A stretch of 64,000 bases of DNA, taken from positions 17,656-81,655 of the forward strand of contig JBBRYB010000015.1 of NCBI GenBank assembly GCA_038238115.1, in the 5' to 3' direction. Position 1 is the first letter of the stretch, and each line of letters opens with the position of its first letter. Below are positions 50,070-60,113 of the stretch, piece by piece. Under the pieces are notes generated by a model. It ran no database searches. It was not told the DNA's origin and worked only from the letters and a program-made list of their open reading frames with translations. Position numbers and translations under genes: made by a program. This DNA is from Propionibacteriales bacterium (GTDB taxonomy: Bacteria > Actinomycetota > Actinomycetes > Propionibacteriales > Nocardioidaceae).

Positions 50070-51455
50070 TCAGGAGTGCGCGTGCAGTGGTTTGCCGGCG
50101 AGGGCCATGTGCGCCTCGCCGAGCGCCTCGCTCTGCGTGGGGTGCATGTGGACAAGCGGGGCGACGTCTTCGGGGAAGGCATCCCAGTTGTAGATCAGCT
50201 GCGCTTCCGCAATCAACTCGCCCACCCGGGCGCCCACGAGGTGGACACCCAGCACAGGGCCGGCCCTCCGGCGTACGAGCTTGACGAAACCCTGAGTCTT
50301 GAGGATCTGGCTCTTGCCGTTGCCGCCGAGGTCATACGTCAGCGTCTCGACCTGGTCATCGCCGTACGTGGCCCGGGCCGCGTCCTCGCTCAGCCCGACC
50401 GACGCCACCTCCGGGTCGCAGTAGGTCACCCGGGGGATTCCCGCCTCGTCGATCACCGCCGGAGCCAGTCCCGCGATCTCCTCGGCCACGAAGATCCCCT
50501 GCTGGAACCCACGATGGGCGAGCTGCATACCGGGCACGATGTCGCCTACCGCATAGACGCCGTCCACGTTGGTGCGCAGCCGCTGGTCGGTCAGGACGAA
50601 GCCCTGCTCCATCGCGATGCCCTGATCCTCAAATCCGAGGTCGCGGGTGCTGGGACCTCGGCCGACCGCGACGAGCAGCAGGTCGGCCGCATAGGTCTCA
50701 CCGGTCTCGACAGTTACCTTGACGCCGCCGTCGGTTCGCTCGACACCGGAGATCGACACCCCGGTCACGAACCCGATGCCGCGTCGGCGGAAGGCGCGCT
50801 CGAGTGCTGCCGAGCTGGCCTGGTCCTCGACGGGGAGGAGTCGCGGCATCGCCTCGAGGATCGTCACCTCGGCACCGAAGGAGCGCCACGCCGAGGCGAA
50901 CTCCACCCCGATGACCCCTCCGCCCAGCACGACGGCCCGCGCCGGCAACTCTTCGAGCTGCATCGCCTCCCAGCTGCTGATCACCTGGCTGCCGTCGAGA
51001 TCAACGCCCGACACCGAGCGGGTGTAGGAGCCGGAGGCCAAGACGACGCTCCTGCCCTCGTAGCCAGTGCCGGCGACATCGACCGTGTGAGGTGCGACCA
51101 GCCTGCCCGTGCCTTCGACGACGGTGATGCCGCGGCTCTTGACCAGACCTTGCAGCCCCTTGTAGAGGCGGCCGACGACGCCGTCCTTGTACGTGTTGAC
51201 TCCGCGAAGGTCGACACCCAGCAGCGAGGCCTGGACGCCGAACTGGTCCGAGCCACGCACCGCATCGGCCACCTCTGCGGCGTGCAGCAGCGCCTTCGTC
51301 GGGATGCAGCCGCGGTGCAGGCAGGTGCCTCCGATCTTGTCCTTCTCGACGAGGGCGACGCTCAAGCCGAGCTCTGACGCGCGAAGCGCACAGGCATAAC
51401 CCCCGCTGCCTCCCCCCATGATGACAAGGTCGAATCCAGTGTCACCGTCTGTCAC
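50070..51455 (-). CDS. lpdA: dihydrolipoyl dehydrogenase (E3)
   Basis: GGGSGGY FAD motif and the redox-active disulfide (GGTCLHRGCIPTK). The GTG start is preceded by GGAGGA. Confidence 0.95.
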   Translation of the reverse strand: MTDGDTGFDLVIMGGGSGGYACALRASELGLSVALVEKDKIGGTCLHRGCIPTKALLHAAEVADAVRGSDQFGVQASLLGVDLRGVNTYKDGVVGRLYKGLQGLVKSRGITVVEGTGRLVAPHTVDVAGTGYEGRSVVLASGSYTRSVSGVDLDGSQVISSWEAMQLEELPARAVVLGGGVIGVEFASAWRSFGAEVTILEAMPRLLPVEDQASSAALERAFRRRGIGFVTGVSISGVERTDGGVKVTVETGETYAADLLLVAVGRGPSTRDLGFEDQGIAMEQGFVLTDQRLRTNVDGVYAVGDIVPGMQLAHRGFQQGIFVAEEIAGLAPAVIDEAGIPRVTYCDPEVASVGLSEDAARATYGDDQVETLTYDLGGNGKSQILKTQGFVKLVRRRAGPVLGVHLVGARVGELIAEAQLIYNWDAFPEDVAPLVHMHPTQSEALGEAHMALAGKPLHAHS

Positions 51456-51669
51456 GTGTCCTCCGAACCGTTGAGCTGCACGTCGCTCAGCCTCAGAACC
51501 GCCCCGTCATCCTTCCACTCTGCGGTTCGAGATCGCCCGGCAGGTCTGGCCGGGTGGTGCAGCGTGGAAAACCGGGTCGAGTTGGGCGATGGGAGATACT
51601 GGTCGCACGGCACCGGCCGTGACACAGCACGCCGACAGAGGTGTCAGAGGCGAGGAAGGCAGCACATCG

Positions 51670-51978
51670 ATGGGGTTCCTGCGGCGACGGCGCAGCAAGT
51701 CGGGAGTGCTTCGTCAGGCTGAGTCCGACGATGCGCGCTATCTCAAGGAGTGGATCCAGACCCGGTCGGGGATCGAAGGGTTCCTGGAGCCTCGCACCGC
51801 TGTCACAGACACGACGATGCTCCTGGTCGCGATAACCGGAGAGTGGACCCGCCGCCGGGTCCCCTCCGTCGAGTGGGCGCACAACTTCTGCAATAAGAAC
51901 GCGATTCCTAGCTATGACGCCGCTGTCGTCGGCTACCCGGAGCGCATGCGTGAGTGGAACAGGCGCAACAAGACCTGA
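51670..51978 (+). CDS. small conserved hypothetical protein (102 aa)
   Basis: ATG 51670 (MGFLRRRRSK). Compact ORF between lpdA and pepA with no recognisable domain. Confidence 0.55.
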   Translation: MGFLRRRRSKSGVLRQAESDDARYLKEWIQTRSGIEGFLEPRTAVTDTTMLLVAITGEWTRRRVPSVEWAHNFCNKNAIPSYDAAVVGYPERMREWNRRNKT

Positions 51979-52014
51979 CCGTGGGGAGAGAAGCGCGATC
52001 GGGCATCGAAATGG

Positions 52015-53508
52015 CTAGCGTCCAGCCCCAGCTCGGTCGGCGGCGATCGCGACCAGCGTGCGTACCGCCGTACCGGTGCCGCCCTTGGGGGTGTAGCCCC
52101 ACGGGTCGGCCTCGTTGAACGCCGGTCCGGCGATGTCGAGATGTGCCCACGCGATGCCCTCGCCGACGAACTCCCGAAGGAACGCGGCAGCGAACAGGGC
52201 GCCGCCCCACTGTTCAGGATTGTGCTGGCTGAGGTCGGCGATCTTCGTGCTGGAGACGAGGTCGCGCATCTCCTCGGGAATCGGCAGCGGCCACATCAGC
52301 TCACCGGCGTCCGCGGCGAGGCGAGGCAGCGCTTCGTGGAGAGCCTCGTCGTTGCTGAAGACCCCGGACACCTTGGCGCCGAGCGCGACGACGCAGGCTC
52401 CGGTGAGCGTCGCGACGTCGACGATCAGGTCGGGTTTGACCGCGTTGGCGGTCGTGATCCCGTCGGCAAGCACGAGGCGGCCCTCGGCGTCGGTGTTGAG
52501 GACCTCGACCGTCTTGCCGCCGTACATCGTCAGCACGTCACCGGGTCGCGTCGCGTGGCCCGAGGGCATGTTCTCGGCAAGACACGCGTATGCCGTCACC
52601 CGGACGGGTAGGCCAAGCTGAGCCACGGCGAACGTGGCGGCAGCGACGGCCGCGGCGCCGGACATGTCGCATTTCATCGTCACCATGGCGTGGGCCGGCT
52701 TGATCGAGAGACCGCCTGAGTCGAAGGTGATGCCCTTGCCGACGAAGGCGAGGTGCGCGACAGGCTTGGACGGTTTGTAGGACAGCGTCACCAGGCGGGG
52801 CGGCCGGGCGGACCCCTTGCCAACGCCGAGGATGCCGCCGTAGCCGTCGGCTTCCAGGGTCGTGTCGTCGGTGATCGAGACACGAACCCTCGAGCCCTTG
52901 GCTCTGGACTTGAGTTCGGCCGCGAAGGACTCGGGATAGAGGTCGTTGGGCGGAGTGTTCACGAGGTCCCGGCAGAAGTTGACGGCTTGGCTGACGATCA
53001 TGGCCTCGTCGAGCGCGGCCTTGGCCCCGCCTGATCGCGCGAGCTCGGTCAGGACGACCACCTCGCCGATCGGCTCGTGCTTCTTCGTCAGGTAGCGGTC
53101 GTAGGCGTAGGCGCCCAGCAGGGCACCCTCGGCGACGGCACGCACCTGCTGCTCCGTCGCCGCCGGAAGGGAGACCGCGACGGTCTTCTTGCCGGCAAGT
53201 GCCCGGGCCGCGGCACCCGCCGCCCTGCGCAGGCTTTCGAGATCGACGTCACCAGCGGGGCCGAGTCCGACGACGAGGAGCAGTGGCGCCTTCGCCGCGG
53301 GTCCGGCCGGGAGCTTGCAGATCTCGCCGACCTTGGCGCTTGCTCCGATCTGCGCGAGGATATCGGCGAAGTCCTTGCCGATCGCCGCACTCACGTCGGT
53401 GGCGCCGAGGGCGGGTGCGATGCCGTTCCCGGTGGACTGGACTCCGATCACCAGGGCGTCTGCCTTCACCGTGCGGGGAGAGTGGTTGCGCAGAGATGCC
53501 GTCGTCAC
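52015..53508 (-). CDS. pepA: leucyl aminopeptidase (M17)
   Basis: VGKGITFDSGG and NTDAEGRLVLAD motifs. Start is GTG 53508 or TTG 53535. Confidence 0.9.
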   Translation of the reverse strand: MTTASLRNHSPRTVKADALVIGVQSTGNGIAPALGATDVSAAIGKDFADILAQIGASAKVGEICKLPAGPAAKAPLLLVVGLGPAGDVDLESLRRAAGAAARALAGKKTVAVSLPAATEQQVRAVAEGALLGAYAYDRYLTKKHEPIGEVVVLTELARSGGAKAALDEAMIVSQAVNFCRDLVNTPPNDLYPESFAAELKSRAKGSRVRVSITDDTTLEADGYGGILGVGKGSARPPRLVTLSYKPSKPVAHLAFVGKGITFDSGGLSIKPAHAMVTMKCDMSGAAAVAAATFAVAQLGLPVRVTAYACLAENMPSGHATRPGDVLTMYGGKTVEVLNTDAEGRLVLADGITTANAVKPDLIVDVATLTGACVVALGAKVSGVFSNDEALHEALPRLAADAGELMWPLPIPEEMRDLVSSTKIADLSQHNPEQWGGALFAAAFLREFVGEGIAWAHLDIAGPAFNEADPWGYTPKGGTGTAVRTLVAIAADRAGAGR

Positions 53509-53577
53509 AGGTGAGTTCCCTCGTCTGGGGGCCAAAGGTCGTCGGCGACTCTACAGCCTGGGGTATGTTCGGCGTCC

Positions 53578-54684
53578 ATGTCCGAGGAGTTGTCCGCTGA
53601 GCCGTTGAGGTCACCCCTGCACGACCTGCATGGCGGGCTCGGGGCCAAGTTCGCCGAGTTCGGCGGCTGGTTGATGCCGGTGGAGTATTCCGGAGCAGTC
53701 AAGGAGCACAACGCTGTGCGTTCAGGCGTCGGCGTGTTCGACGTCAGCCACCTGGGCAAGGCGGTCGTGCGCGGACCAGCGGCAGCGGCATACGTCAACC
53801 AGTGTCTGACGAACGACCTGGGCAGAATCGTTCCAGGCGAGGCGCAGTACACCTTGTGCTGCGACGACGACGACGGCGGCGTCGTCGACGATCTCATCGT
53901 CTACGTGCGGGCCGGCGACGAGGTCTTCTGTATCCCGAACGCCGCGAACACGGCCGAAGTCGTCCGGCGTCTGGACGCGTCGGCTCCAGACGAGGTCGAG
54001 GTGGCCAACCTGCACCGTGACTTCGCGGTGCTGGCGGTCCAGGGCAGGTCCAGTGACGAGACGCTGGACGCGATGAGCTTCCCGGCGGGACACGACTACA
54101 TGTCCTTCGTCGAGGTCGACCATGACGGGGCTCCGGTCGTCGTCTGCCGCACCGGCTACACCGGCGAGCGCGGCTACGAGCTTGTCGTGCCGACCGACGC
54201 CGCGGTGTCGGTCTGGGAGGCGGTCATGGCGGCGGGGGAGCGGTTCGGCATCGTGCCGGCCGGTCTCGCCGCCCGCGACACGTTGCGCACGGAGATGGGC
54301 TATCCGCTGCATGGCCAAGATCTGTCCCGGGAGATCACGCCGGTCCAGGCCCGGCTGGGTTGGGCGGTCGGGTGGGACAAGCCCGCCTTCTGGGGCCGCG
54401 AGGCGCTGCTTGCGGAGAAGGCGGCCGGCGCGTCCCGGCTGTTGCGTGGCCTGGTGACCGCGGGCCGAGGCATTCCTCGTGCGCACATGCGAGTCCTCGA
54501 CGGCGACGCGGTGGTGGGCGTCGTCACCTCGGGGACGTTCTCGCCGACGAGACGCCAGGGCGTCGCATTGGCACTTCTCGACGCCTCAGTCACCGAGGGC
54601 GACGAGGTGTACGTCGACGTGCGCGGTCGACGCGAACCCTTCACCGTGGCCAAGCCACCGTTCGTGACGCCTGCCGTCAGATAG
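53578..54684 (+). CDS. gcvT: glycine cleavage system aminomethyltransferase T
   Basis: [47 protein letters not shown]. Confidence 0.95.
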   Translation: MSEELSAEPLRSPLHDLHGGLGAKFAEFGGWLMPVEYSGAVKEHNAVRSGVGVFDVSHLGKAVVRGPAAAAYVNQCLTNDLGRIVPGEAQYTLCCDDDDGGVVDDLIVYVRAGDEVFCIPNAANTAEVVRRLDASAPDEVEVANLHRDFAVLAVQGRSSDETLDAMSFPAGHDYMSFVEVDHDGAPVVVCRTGYTGERGYELVVPTDAAVSVWEAVMAAGERFGIVPAGLAARDTLRTEMGYPLHGQDLSREITPVQARLGWAVGWDKPAFWGREALLAEKAAGASRLLRGLVTAGRGIPRAHMRVLDGDAVVGVVTSGTFSPTRRQGVALALLDASVTEGDEVYVDVRGRREPFTVAKPPFVTPAVR

Positions 54685-54713
54685 TCGGCACAGGCTGTGA
54701 GAGAGTCCTGACC

Positions 54714-54917
54714 ATGGCATGGCGTTGGCGGTTCGAGTCGGCTCAGGGTGGTCCGGTGGTCCTCGACTACGACCTGCCTGAGTTCTCCTCACAAAGTGAC
54801 GCCGAGTCTTGGCTGGGTGAGGTGTGGCGTGAGCTCGCCGATGCCGGCGCGGTCGCGGCGACCCTGCTCGAGGACGACCGCGTCGCCTACGGCCCGATGT
54901 CACTTCTCGAGGAGTAG
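54714..54917 (+). CDS. small acidic hypothetical protein (67 aa)
   Basis: ATG 54714 (MAWRWRFES), 30 nt after gcvT. No recognisable domain. Confidence 0.45.
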   Translation: MAWRWRFESAQGGPVVLDYDLPEFSSQSDAESWLGEVWRELADAGAVAATLLEDDRVAYGPMSLLEE

Positions 54918-54938
54918 AGCCGGTAGGCGCGCCAGACG

Positions 54939-55160
54939 CTAGCCGAGCTCGGCCTCCTCTTGTGCCGCCTCGGCGCGGGTCTGCTCGATGTGCTCCTCGA
55001 CCGTGGCCGGGTCGAGCCGCACGCACAGCGCGATCAGGTAGATCGCGATCGAGAAAAGGAACGTGATCGGGATGGCAATCCCGAAGCCGATCACCTTCTG
55101 ACCGCCGTCATAGTCACCGAGGCAGGACAGCAGTGCCAGCCCGCCCAGCCAGGGCACCAA
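54939..55160 (-). CDS. small membrane protein
   Basis: TTG start at 55160. One clear TM helix (VIGFGIAIPITFLFSIAIYLIAL). The in-frame region upstream (to 55235) encodes a further hydrophobic stretch but has no ATG/GTG/TTG. Confidence 0.45.
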   Translation of the reverse strand: MVPWLGGLALLSCLGDYDGGQKVIGFGIAIPITFLFSIAIYLIALCVRLDPATVEEHIEQTRAEAAQEEAELG

Positions 55161-55216
55161 CCAGCTCGCGCCAAACAGCCTTAGCGTTACCCGCCAGGTC
55201 TCGGCGAAAGCCTGGG

Positions 55217-56221
55217 TCAGGAGAAGTTGCGGCGCTCAGGCGACTTCGTCTGGGCCGGGTCGCGCTCGACCACGTCGTCCAGTACGTCGTCGATCTTGGC
55301 GAGTACGTCGGCCGACAGGCGCTGGCCACTGGCCTTGACGTTCTCGCTCACCTGCTGCGGACGGGTGGCACCGATGATCGCCGTCGAGACGGCGGGGTTC
55401 GCAAGAACCCAGGCGACGGCGAGCTGAGCCAGGCTCAGACCCACCTGATCGGCGATCGGCTTGAGCTTCTGCACCCTCGCCAGCACGTCGTCGTTCATCC
55501 TCGTGCGCAGGAAGTGACCGGCCTCCTCGTGGCCCGCTCGGGAGTTGTCCGGTGGCTGCTCTCCCGGAAGGTACTTGCCCGTAAGCACCCCCTGCGCGAT
55601 CGGTGACCACACCACCTGCCCCAGGCCGAGCTCAACAGACGTGGGGATCACCTCCGCCTCGATGACCCTCCACAGCATGTTGTATTGCGGCTGGTTGGAC
55701 ACCAGCGGCACCTTCAGGTCTCGGGCGATGGCGTGAGCCGCCTTGATCTCATCGGCCGTCCACTCCGACACCCCGATATAGAGGGCCTTGCCCTGACGGA
55801 CCACGTCCGCGAAGGCTCCCATCGTCTCCTCGAGCGGGGTCTCATGGTCAAACCGGTGCGCCTGGTAAAGATCGACATGGTCGGTCTGGAGCCGTCTGAG
55901 ACTGGCGTCGATCGACTCGAGGATGTGCTTGCGAGACAGGCCGGAGTCATTGGGCCCCCCCGGCCCGATCGGCCAGTAGACCTTGGTGAATATTTCGAGC
56001 GACTCGCGGCGCTCGCCTGCCAGGGCCCGACCGAGGACGGCCTCGGCGGCGGTGTTGGCATACGCGTCGGCTGTGTCGAACGTCGTGATGCCCTCGTCGA
56101 GCGCGCGACGTACACACTCCCGCGCCTGCTCCTCCTCAACCTGTGAGCCGTGCGTCAGCCAGTTGCCGTAGCTGATCTCGCTGACCTTGAGCCCGGATGC
56201 TCCCAGATGACGAAACTCCAT
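55217..56221 (-). CDS. aldo/keto reductase
   Basis: MEFRHLGASGLKVSEISYGNW, FDTADAY, DLYQAHRFD are typical AKR motifs. Confidence 0.9.
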   Translation of the reverse strand: MEFRHLGASGLKVSEISYGNWLTHGSQVEEEQARECVRRALDEGITTFDTADAYANTAAEAVLGRALAGERRESLEIFTKVYWPIGPGGPNDSGLSRKHILESIDASLRRLQTDHVDLYQAHRFDHETPLEETMGAFADVVRQGKALYIGVSEWTADEIKAAHAIARDLKVPLVSNQPQYNMLWRVIEAEVIPTSVELGLGQVVWSPIAQGVLTGKYLPGEQPPDNSRAGHEEAGHFLRTRMNDDVLARVQKLKPIADQVGLSLAQLAVAWVLANPAVSTAIIGATRPQQVSENVKASGQRLSADVLAKIDDVLDDVVERDPAQTKSPERRNFS

Positions 56222-56477
56222 GCGCCCGACCATACCCACGGGCCAAGCCTTGAGTCCCAGCCGCACGATCCCGCTCCTCGTCGGCTTCCTGCGGCGTCGC
56301 CCCGGCGGCACGGGAAGAGGCCCCGAGCGGTCACACAGTTGCAATCTCTCGCACCGCGGCCCACCAGCCAACCGGTGCGACTTTGCGACCCCTGGACACG
56401 GATCGTTGAACCCGTGAGGTCCAGCGTTCGACCTGCCGCTCGGCTTCGTAGGCCCGCAGTCACCGAGGAACCGCAGG

Positions 56478-57074
56478 CTAAACCCTGCTGCTGCCGCTGC
56501 TGCCGCCGCCGGAGTCGCCGGGCTTGACCATGGGCTTGGGGAGGCGGAGGCGCCGCATCTGCCAGGCGCGCATCACGGCGTACATCGTCACCCCCTTGGT
56601 CTCGGCCTCGCCGAACTTCTGCCGGATGCCGGACTTCACGCCGCGCACGACCCGCGCCGAGTCGAGCGTCATGAGGGCGATGACAACCAGCCAGAGATAG
56701 CTGCCGATCTTCTGCATGGCGGGAGAAACCACGACGAGCAGGAAGACGACGAAGAAGACCGGGAGCAGGAACTCACCCATGGTGCGGTGGCCGTCGACCC
56801 AGTCGCGGACGTAGCGTTTGACCGGCCCCTGGTCGCGCACCGGCAGGTACTTGTCGTCGCCGGTCGCCATGGCGGCGCGCATCTTCTCCCGGGCGACGCG
56901 GGTCTGGTCGCGCTTGCGGGCCGACTGTTCCTTGCGGCTGCGCGGAGGCGTCATCCGCTGCTTGCGGGCCGCCTCCGCGGCCTTGCGGGTCGGCGTGGCG
57001 CGACCCTTGCCACCGTCCGCGCGCTCTGCGTCGGTGACCTCGGGCTGGGGCGAAGAGGAACGTCGACCAAACAC
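56478..57074 (-). CDS. DUF3043-family membrane protein
   Basis: Basic N-terminal half (GKGRATPTRKAAEAARKQ), then YLPVRDQGPVKRYVRDWVD and two TM helices. Confidence 0.75.
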   Translation of the reverse strand: MFGRRSSSPQPEVTDAERADGGKGRATPTRKAAEAARKQRMTPPRSRKEQSARKRDQTRVAREKMRAAMATGDDKYLPVRDQGPVKRYVRDWVDGHRTMGEFLLPVFFVVFLLVVVSPAMQKIGSYLWLVVIALMTLDSARVVRGVKSGIRQKFGEAETKGVTMYAVMRAWQMRRLRLPKPMVKPGDSGGGSSGSSRV

Positions 57075-57259
57075 CTGGAATGTGCCTCACTCAGGACGGA
57101 TCTGTGCGGGCCCGACGCCCGGCGGGAGCCCTCTGTACGCGGCAGCCTACCCGCGCGCCCGGTGAGGCATGGAATCTGGTGTGACAGCGCCGTAGGGTGA
57201 CACCAACACGGCCGAACCGCCGTGAGCCGCGCGCGGATACGAAGGGGCTGGCCCACCTG

Positions 57260-58054
57260 ATGAGCAGCATCATGCAACGCATCTCCTTGATCTTCCGGTC
57301 CAAGGCCAACAAGGCCCTGGACTCCGCAGAGGACCCACGCGAGACGCTCGACTACAGCTATACGCAACAGCAGGAGCTGCTTCGCAAGGTCCGGCGAGGG
57401 CTCGCCGACGTCGCCACCAGCCGCAAGCGGCTCGAGCTTCAGATGCAGCAGCTCGACCAGTCGTCGGCCAAGCTGCAGAGCCAGGCCCAGCAGGCGCTCG
57501 GCGCCGGACGGGAGGACCTGGCGCGCGAGGCGCTGACGCGGCGGTCCGGCCTCCAGCAGCAGATCACCGACCTCCAGTCCCAGCACGCGAACCTGCAAGG
57601 CGAAGAGGAGAAGCTCACCACCGCGTCCCAGCGGCTGCAGGCCAAGGTCGAGGCGTTCCGCACCAGGAAGGAGACGCTCAAGGCGACCTACACGGCCGCC
57701 GAAGCGCAGACCCGCATCAGCGAGGCGTTCTCCGGCATCTCCGAGGAGATGGGTGACGTCGGTATGTCGATCGAGCGGGCGGAGGACAAGACAGCACAGA
57801 TGCAGGCCAGGGCGGGAGCCGTGGACGAGCTGATCGCCTCGGGCGCGCTCAACGACCCCATATCGGGCGGCAAGGACGACATCACAGCCGAGCTCGACCG
57901 AGTGTCCTCCAGCAGCGACGTCGAGCTTGAGCTCGCGAGGATGAAGGGGCAGATCTCTGGTGGGCCGCAGGCGCCCCCGCAGCTCGAGGGGCAACCGGCG
58001 CAAACCGGCCAGCCGGTACAGTCGGCCCAGCCGTCTGAGGAGGAGAAGGCATGA
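57260..58054 (+). CDS. pspA: PspA/IM30 family protein
   Basis: RISLIFRSKANKALDSAEDPRETLDYSY followed by long coiled coils. Start is ATG 57260 or 57272. Confidence 0.85.
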   Translation: MSSIMQRISLIFRSKANKALDSAEDPRETLDYSYTQQQELLRKVRRGLADVATSRKRLELQMQQLDQSSAKLQSQAQQALGAGREDLAREALTRRSGLQQQITDLQSQHANLQGEEEKLTTASQRLQAKVEAFRTRKETLKATYTAAEAQTRISEAFSGISEEMGDVGMSIERAEDKTAQMQARAGAVDELIASGALNDPISGGKDDITAELDRVSSSSDVELELARMKGQISGGPQAPPQLEGQPAQTGQPVQSAQPSEEEKA

Positions 58055-58329
58055 TCATCAGGATTCTCTCCGAGGGCCAGTTCGAACTGCCCGATGACGC
58101 TATCGAGGAGCTCAACGAGCTCGACGGCAAGCTCGAGGCAGCGATCGACGCCGGGGACGAGGCAACCTTCTCCTCGGCGCTGGGTGCGCTGCTCGACCGG
58201 GTCCGGGAGTCCGGCACTCCGGTCGCCCTCGACGCGCTGGTGCCCTCTGACCTGTTGCTGCCAGCGCCGACTGCGAGTCTCGCGGAGGTACGTGACGCTC
58301 TCAGCGGCGACGGCCTCATCCCGGGCTGA
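58051..58329 (+). CDS. small acidic PspA-associated protein (candidate PspAA)
   Basis: 92 aa. The ATG overlaps the pspA stop (ATGA at 58051-58054). MIIRILSEGQFELPDD. The family name is recalled from annotation practice and not verified. Confidence 0.6.
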   Translation: MIIRILSEGQFELPDDAIEELNELDGKLEAAIDAGDEATFSSALGALLDRVRESGTPVALDALVPSDLLLPAPTASLAEVRDALSGDGLIPG

Positions 58330-58500
58330 CGCCCTCGCAATCCACGGCTGACGCCACAGTCCCTTGGCCGGCGGTCGGCGCCGGGTTCCGGTCGAGGAAC
58401 AAACGCAGGGCTTCAGACGTCGTACTGGTTAACTAATCCAGTAGCACTAACCGACTGATCCAGCATGGATCGCGATGCTCAAGTGAGGCGCTGAACCGTC

Positions 58501-59400
58501 ATGGCACAAACCCGATTCCGCAGTGATGCCGGCCTCACGGTTCGGATGACCGTGGTGATGCTGCTGCTGGGCGGTCTCTACGTCACAGTGGCCGCCGGGC
58601 TGATCGCCTACGGCGTCTCCGCCGTCGCCGTACTGCTCCTCGCCGCGCTGGCCGGGCTCGGGCAGTGGTTCTTCTCGGACAAGCTGGCGCTGACGGCGAT
58701 GCGGGCCCATGAGGTCAGCCCCAGCCAGGCACCGGAGCTGCACGGCATGATCGACAGGCTGTGCGCCCTCGCGGACATGCCGAAGCCCCGGGTGGCCATC
58801 TCCGACACCGATGTACCGAACGCGTTCGCGACCGGCAGGAGCCCCGAGCACTCCGTGGTGTGTGTGTCGACCGGCATCATGCGGCGGCTGGACTCCGAGG
58901 AGCTCGAGGGCGTCCTGTCGCACGAGCTCTCGCACGTGGCTCACCGTGACGTGATGGTGATGACGATCGCTGGCTTCCTCGGGGTGGTCGCCGGGCTCGT
59001 GATGCGCTGGGGCCTCTTCTTCGGGGGCGGCCGCAGCAGAGACAACAACGGCGCGCCCGTCTTCTTGGTGATCTGGCTGGGCAGCATCTTGGTCTATCTG
59101 GTGTCGTTCCTGCTCACGCGCGTGCTGAGCCGCTACCGCGAGCTGTGCGCTGACCGGTCGGGCGCCTATCTGACCGGCAAGCCGTCGGCCCTCGCGTCCG
59201 CCCTGACGAAGATCTCCGGTGAGATGGCGCGGATTCCGAGCCGGGACCTGCGCGAGGCCCAGGCGTTCAACGCGTTCTTCTTCGCTCCGGCCTTCAGCCG
59301 TGAGTCGATCAGCGCGGTCTTCGCGACGCACCCCTCGCTCGAGACCCGGCTCGACCAGCTGGCCAAGATCTCCGCCGACCTGTCCCGCCCCTCCGCCTGA
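58501..59400 (+). CDS. htpX: zinc metalloprotease HtpX (M48)
   Basis: HELSHVAHRD zinc motif, four TM segments and the C-terminal THPSLETR. Confidence 0.9.
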   Translation: MAQTRFRSDAGLTVRMTVVMLLLGGLYVTVAAGLIAYGVSAVAVLLLAALAGLGQWFFSDKLALTAMRAHEVSPSQAPELHGMIDRLCALADMPKPRVAISDTDVPNAFATGRSPEHSVVCVSTGIMRRLDSEELEGVLSHELSHVAHRDVMVMTIAGFLGVVAGLVMRWGLFFGGGRSRDNNGAPVFLVIWLGSILVYLVSFLLTRVLSRYRELCADRSGAYLTGKPSALASALTKISGEMARIPSRDLREAQAFNAFFFAPAFSRESISAVFATHPSLETRLDQLAKISADLSRPSA

Positions 59401-59525
59401 CCGCTCCGCCGATCCGCCACCAAAGGCCCGCATTCGCCGGCGTGTCGCGCGGGCCGGCAACGAGTTCCGTCCCAGGCGGGTGGCCGGCAGGGGCCCGTGA
59501 CGAACGGCAGATGGAAGGATGAAGC

Positions 59526-60095
59526 GTGGGGTTCTTCAAGAGCGTCTTCGGGCGGAGCGATCCGCCGAAGGCCAATCTCGACGACCTGTTCGCGGTTCCG
59601 TCGGCGGCCATCACGCTCGAGGTCTCGTCGGGCTTCAAGCCGCTGGGGTTGGGTTCGGTCTGCTACCGGGAGGCCGAGGGCGGCGCGTTCGCGACCACGC
59701 AGACCGACGTACAACAGCTCCTCGACGCCGACGCCGGGCCCAAGGTCGAGAGGTCGACTGACGAGTTCGGGTTCACCTGGCTGTTGTTGCGGCACGAGCC
59801 GGCCGAGCTGTCCGAGCTCGTCACCGACATTCATGCGGTGAACAGCTCCCTGGAGAACGCCGGGTTCGGCCCGTCGCTGCTGTGCTCGCTCGTGGCCTTC
59901 GGTGACCCTGCCGGGCGCAAGCTTGGACTGGTCTATCTCTACAAGCAAGGCACGTTCTACCCCTTCGCGCCGACGACGGCCAACAAGCGAGACAACGCGC
60001 TGGAGCTGCAGACGCGCGGCGTGCTCAGCGGCGACCTGCCGATCGAGTCCGAGCTCGGCCGCTGGATGGCTGTGTGGGGAGCCCCCGGCCTCTGA
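59526..60095 (+). CDS. hypothetical protein, candidate PspA-associated protein PspAB
   Basis: 189-aa ORF starting MGFFKSVFGR, co-directional with and 126 nt after htpX. The family name is recalled and not verified. Confidence 0.55.
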   Translation: MGFFKSVFGRSDPPKANLDDLFAVPSAAITLEVSSGFKPLGLGSVCYREAEGGAFATTQTDVQQLLDADAGPKVERSTDEFGFTWLLLRHEPAELSELVTDIHAVNSSLENAGFGPSLLCSLVAFGDPAGRKLGLVYLYKQGTFYPFAPTTANKRDNALELQTRGVLSGDLPIESELGRWMAVWGAPGL

Positions 60096-60113
60096 CGACG
60101 CGTCTGTGGACCC

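Noticed and set aside
53509-53577. Looked for a glycine riboswitch upstream of gcvT.
   Set aside because: Only about 45-70 nt separate pepA and gcvT, which is too short for a glycine aptamer, and no conserved aptamer core was seen.
58423-58490. Possible CIRCE (HrcA) or HAIR (HspR) operator upstream of htpX.
   Set aside because: Only partial half-site resemblance (tagcact, gctcaagt). Neither full inverted repeat is present with correct spacing, so the palindromes are reported only as uncharacterised elements.
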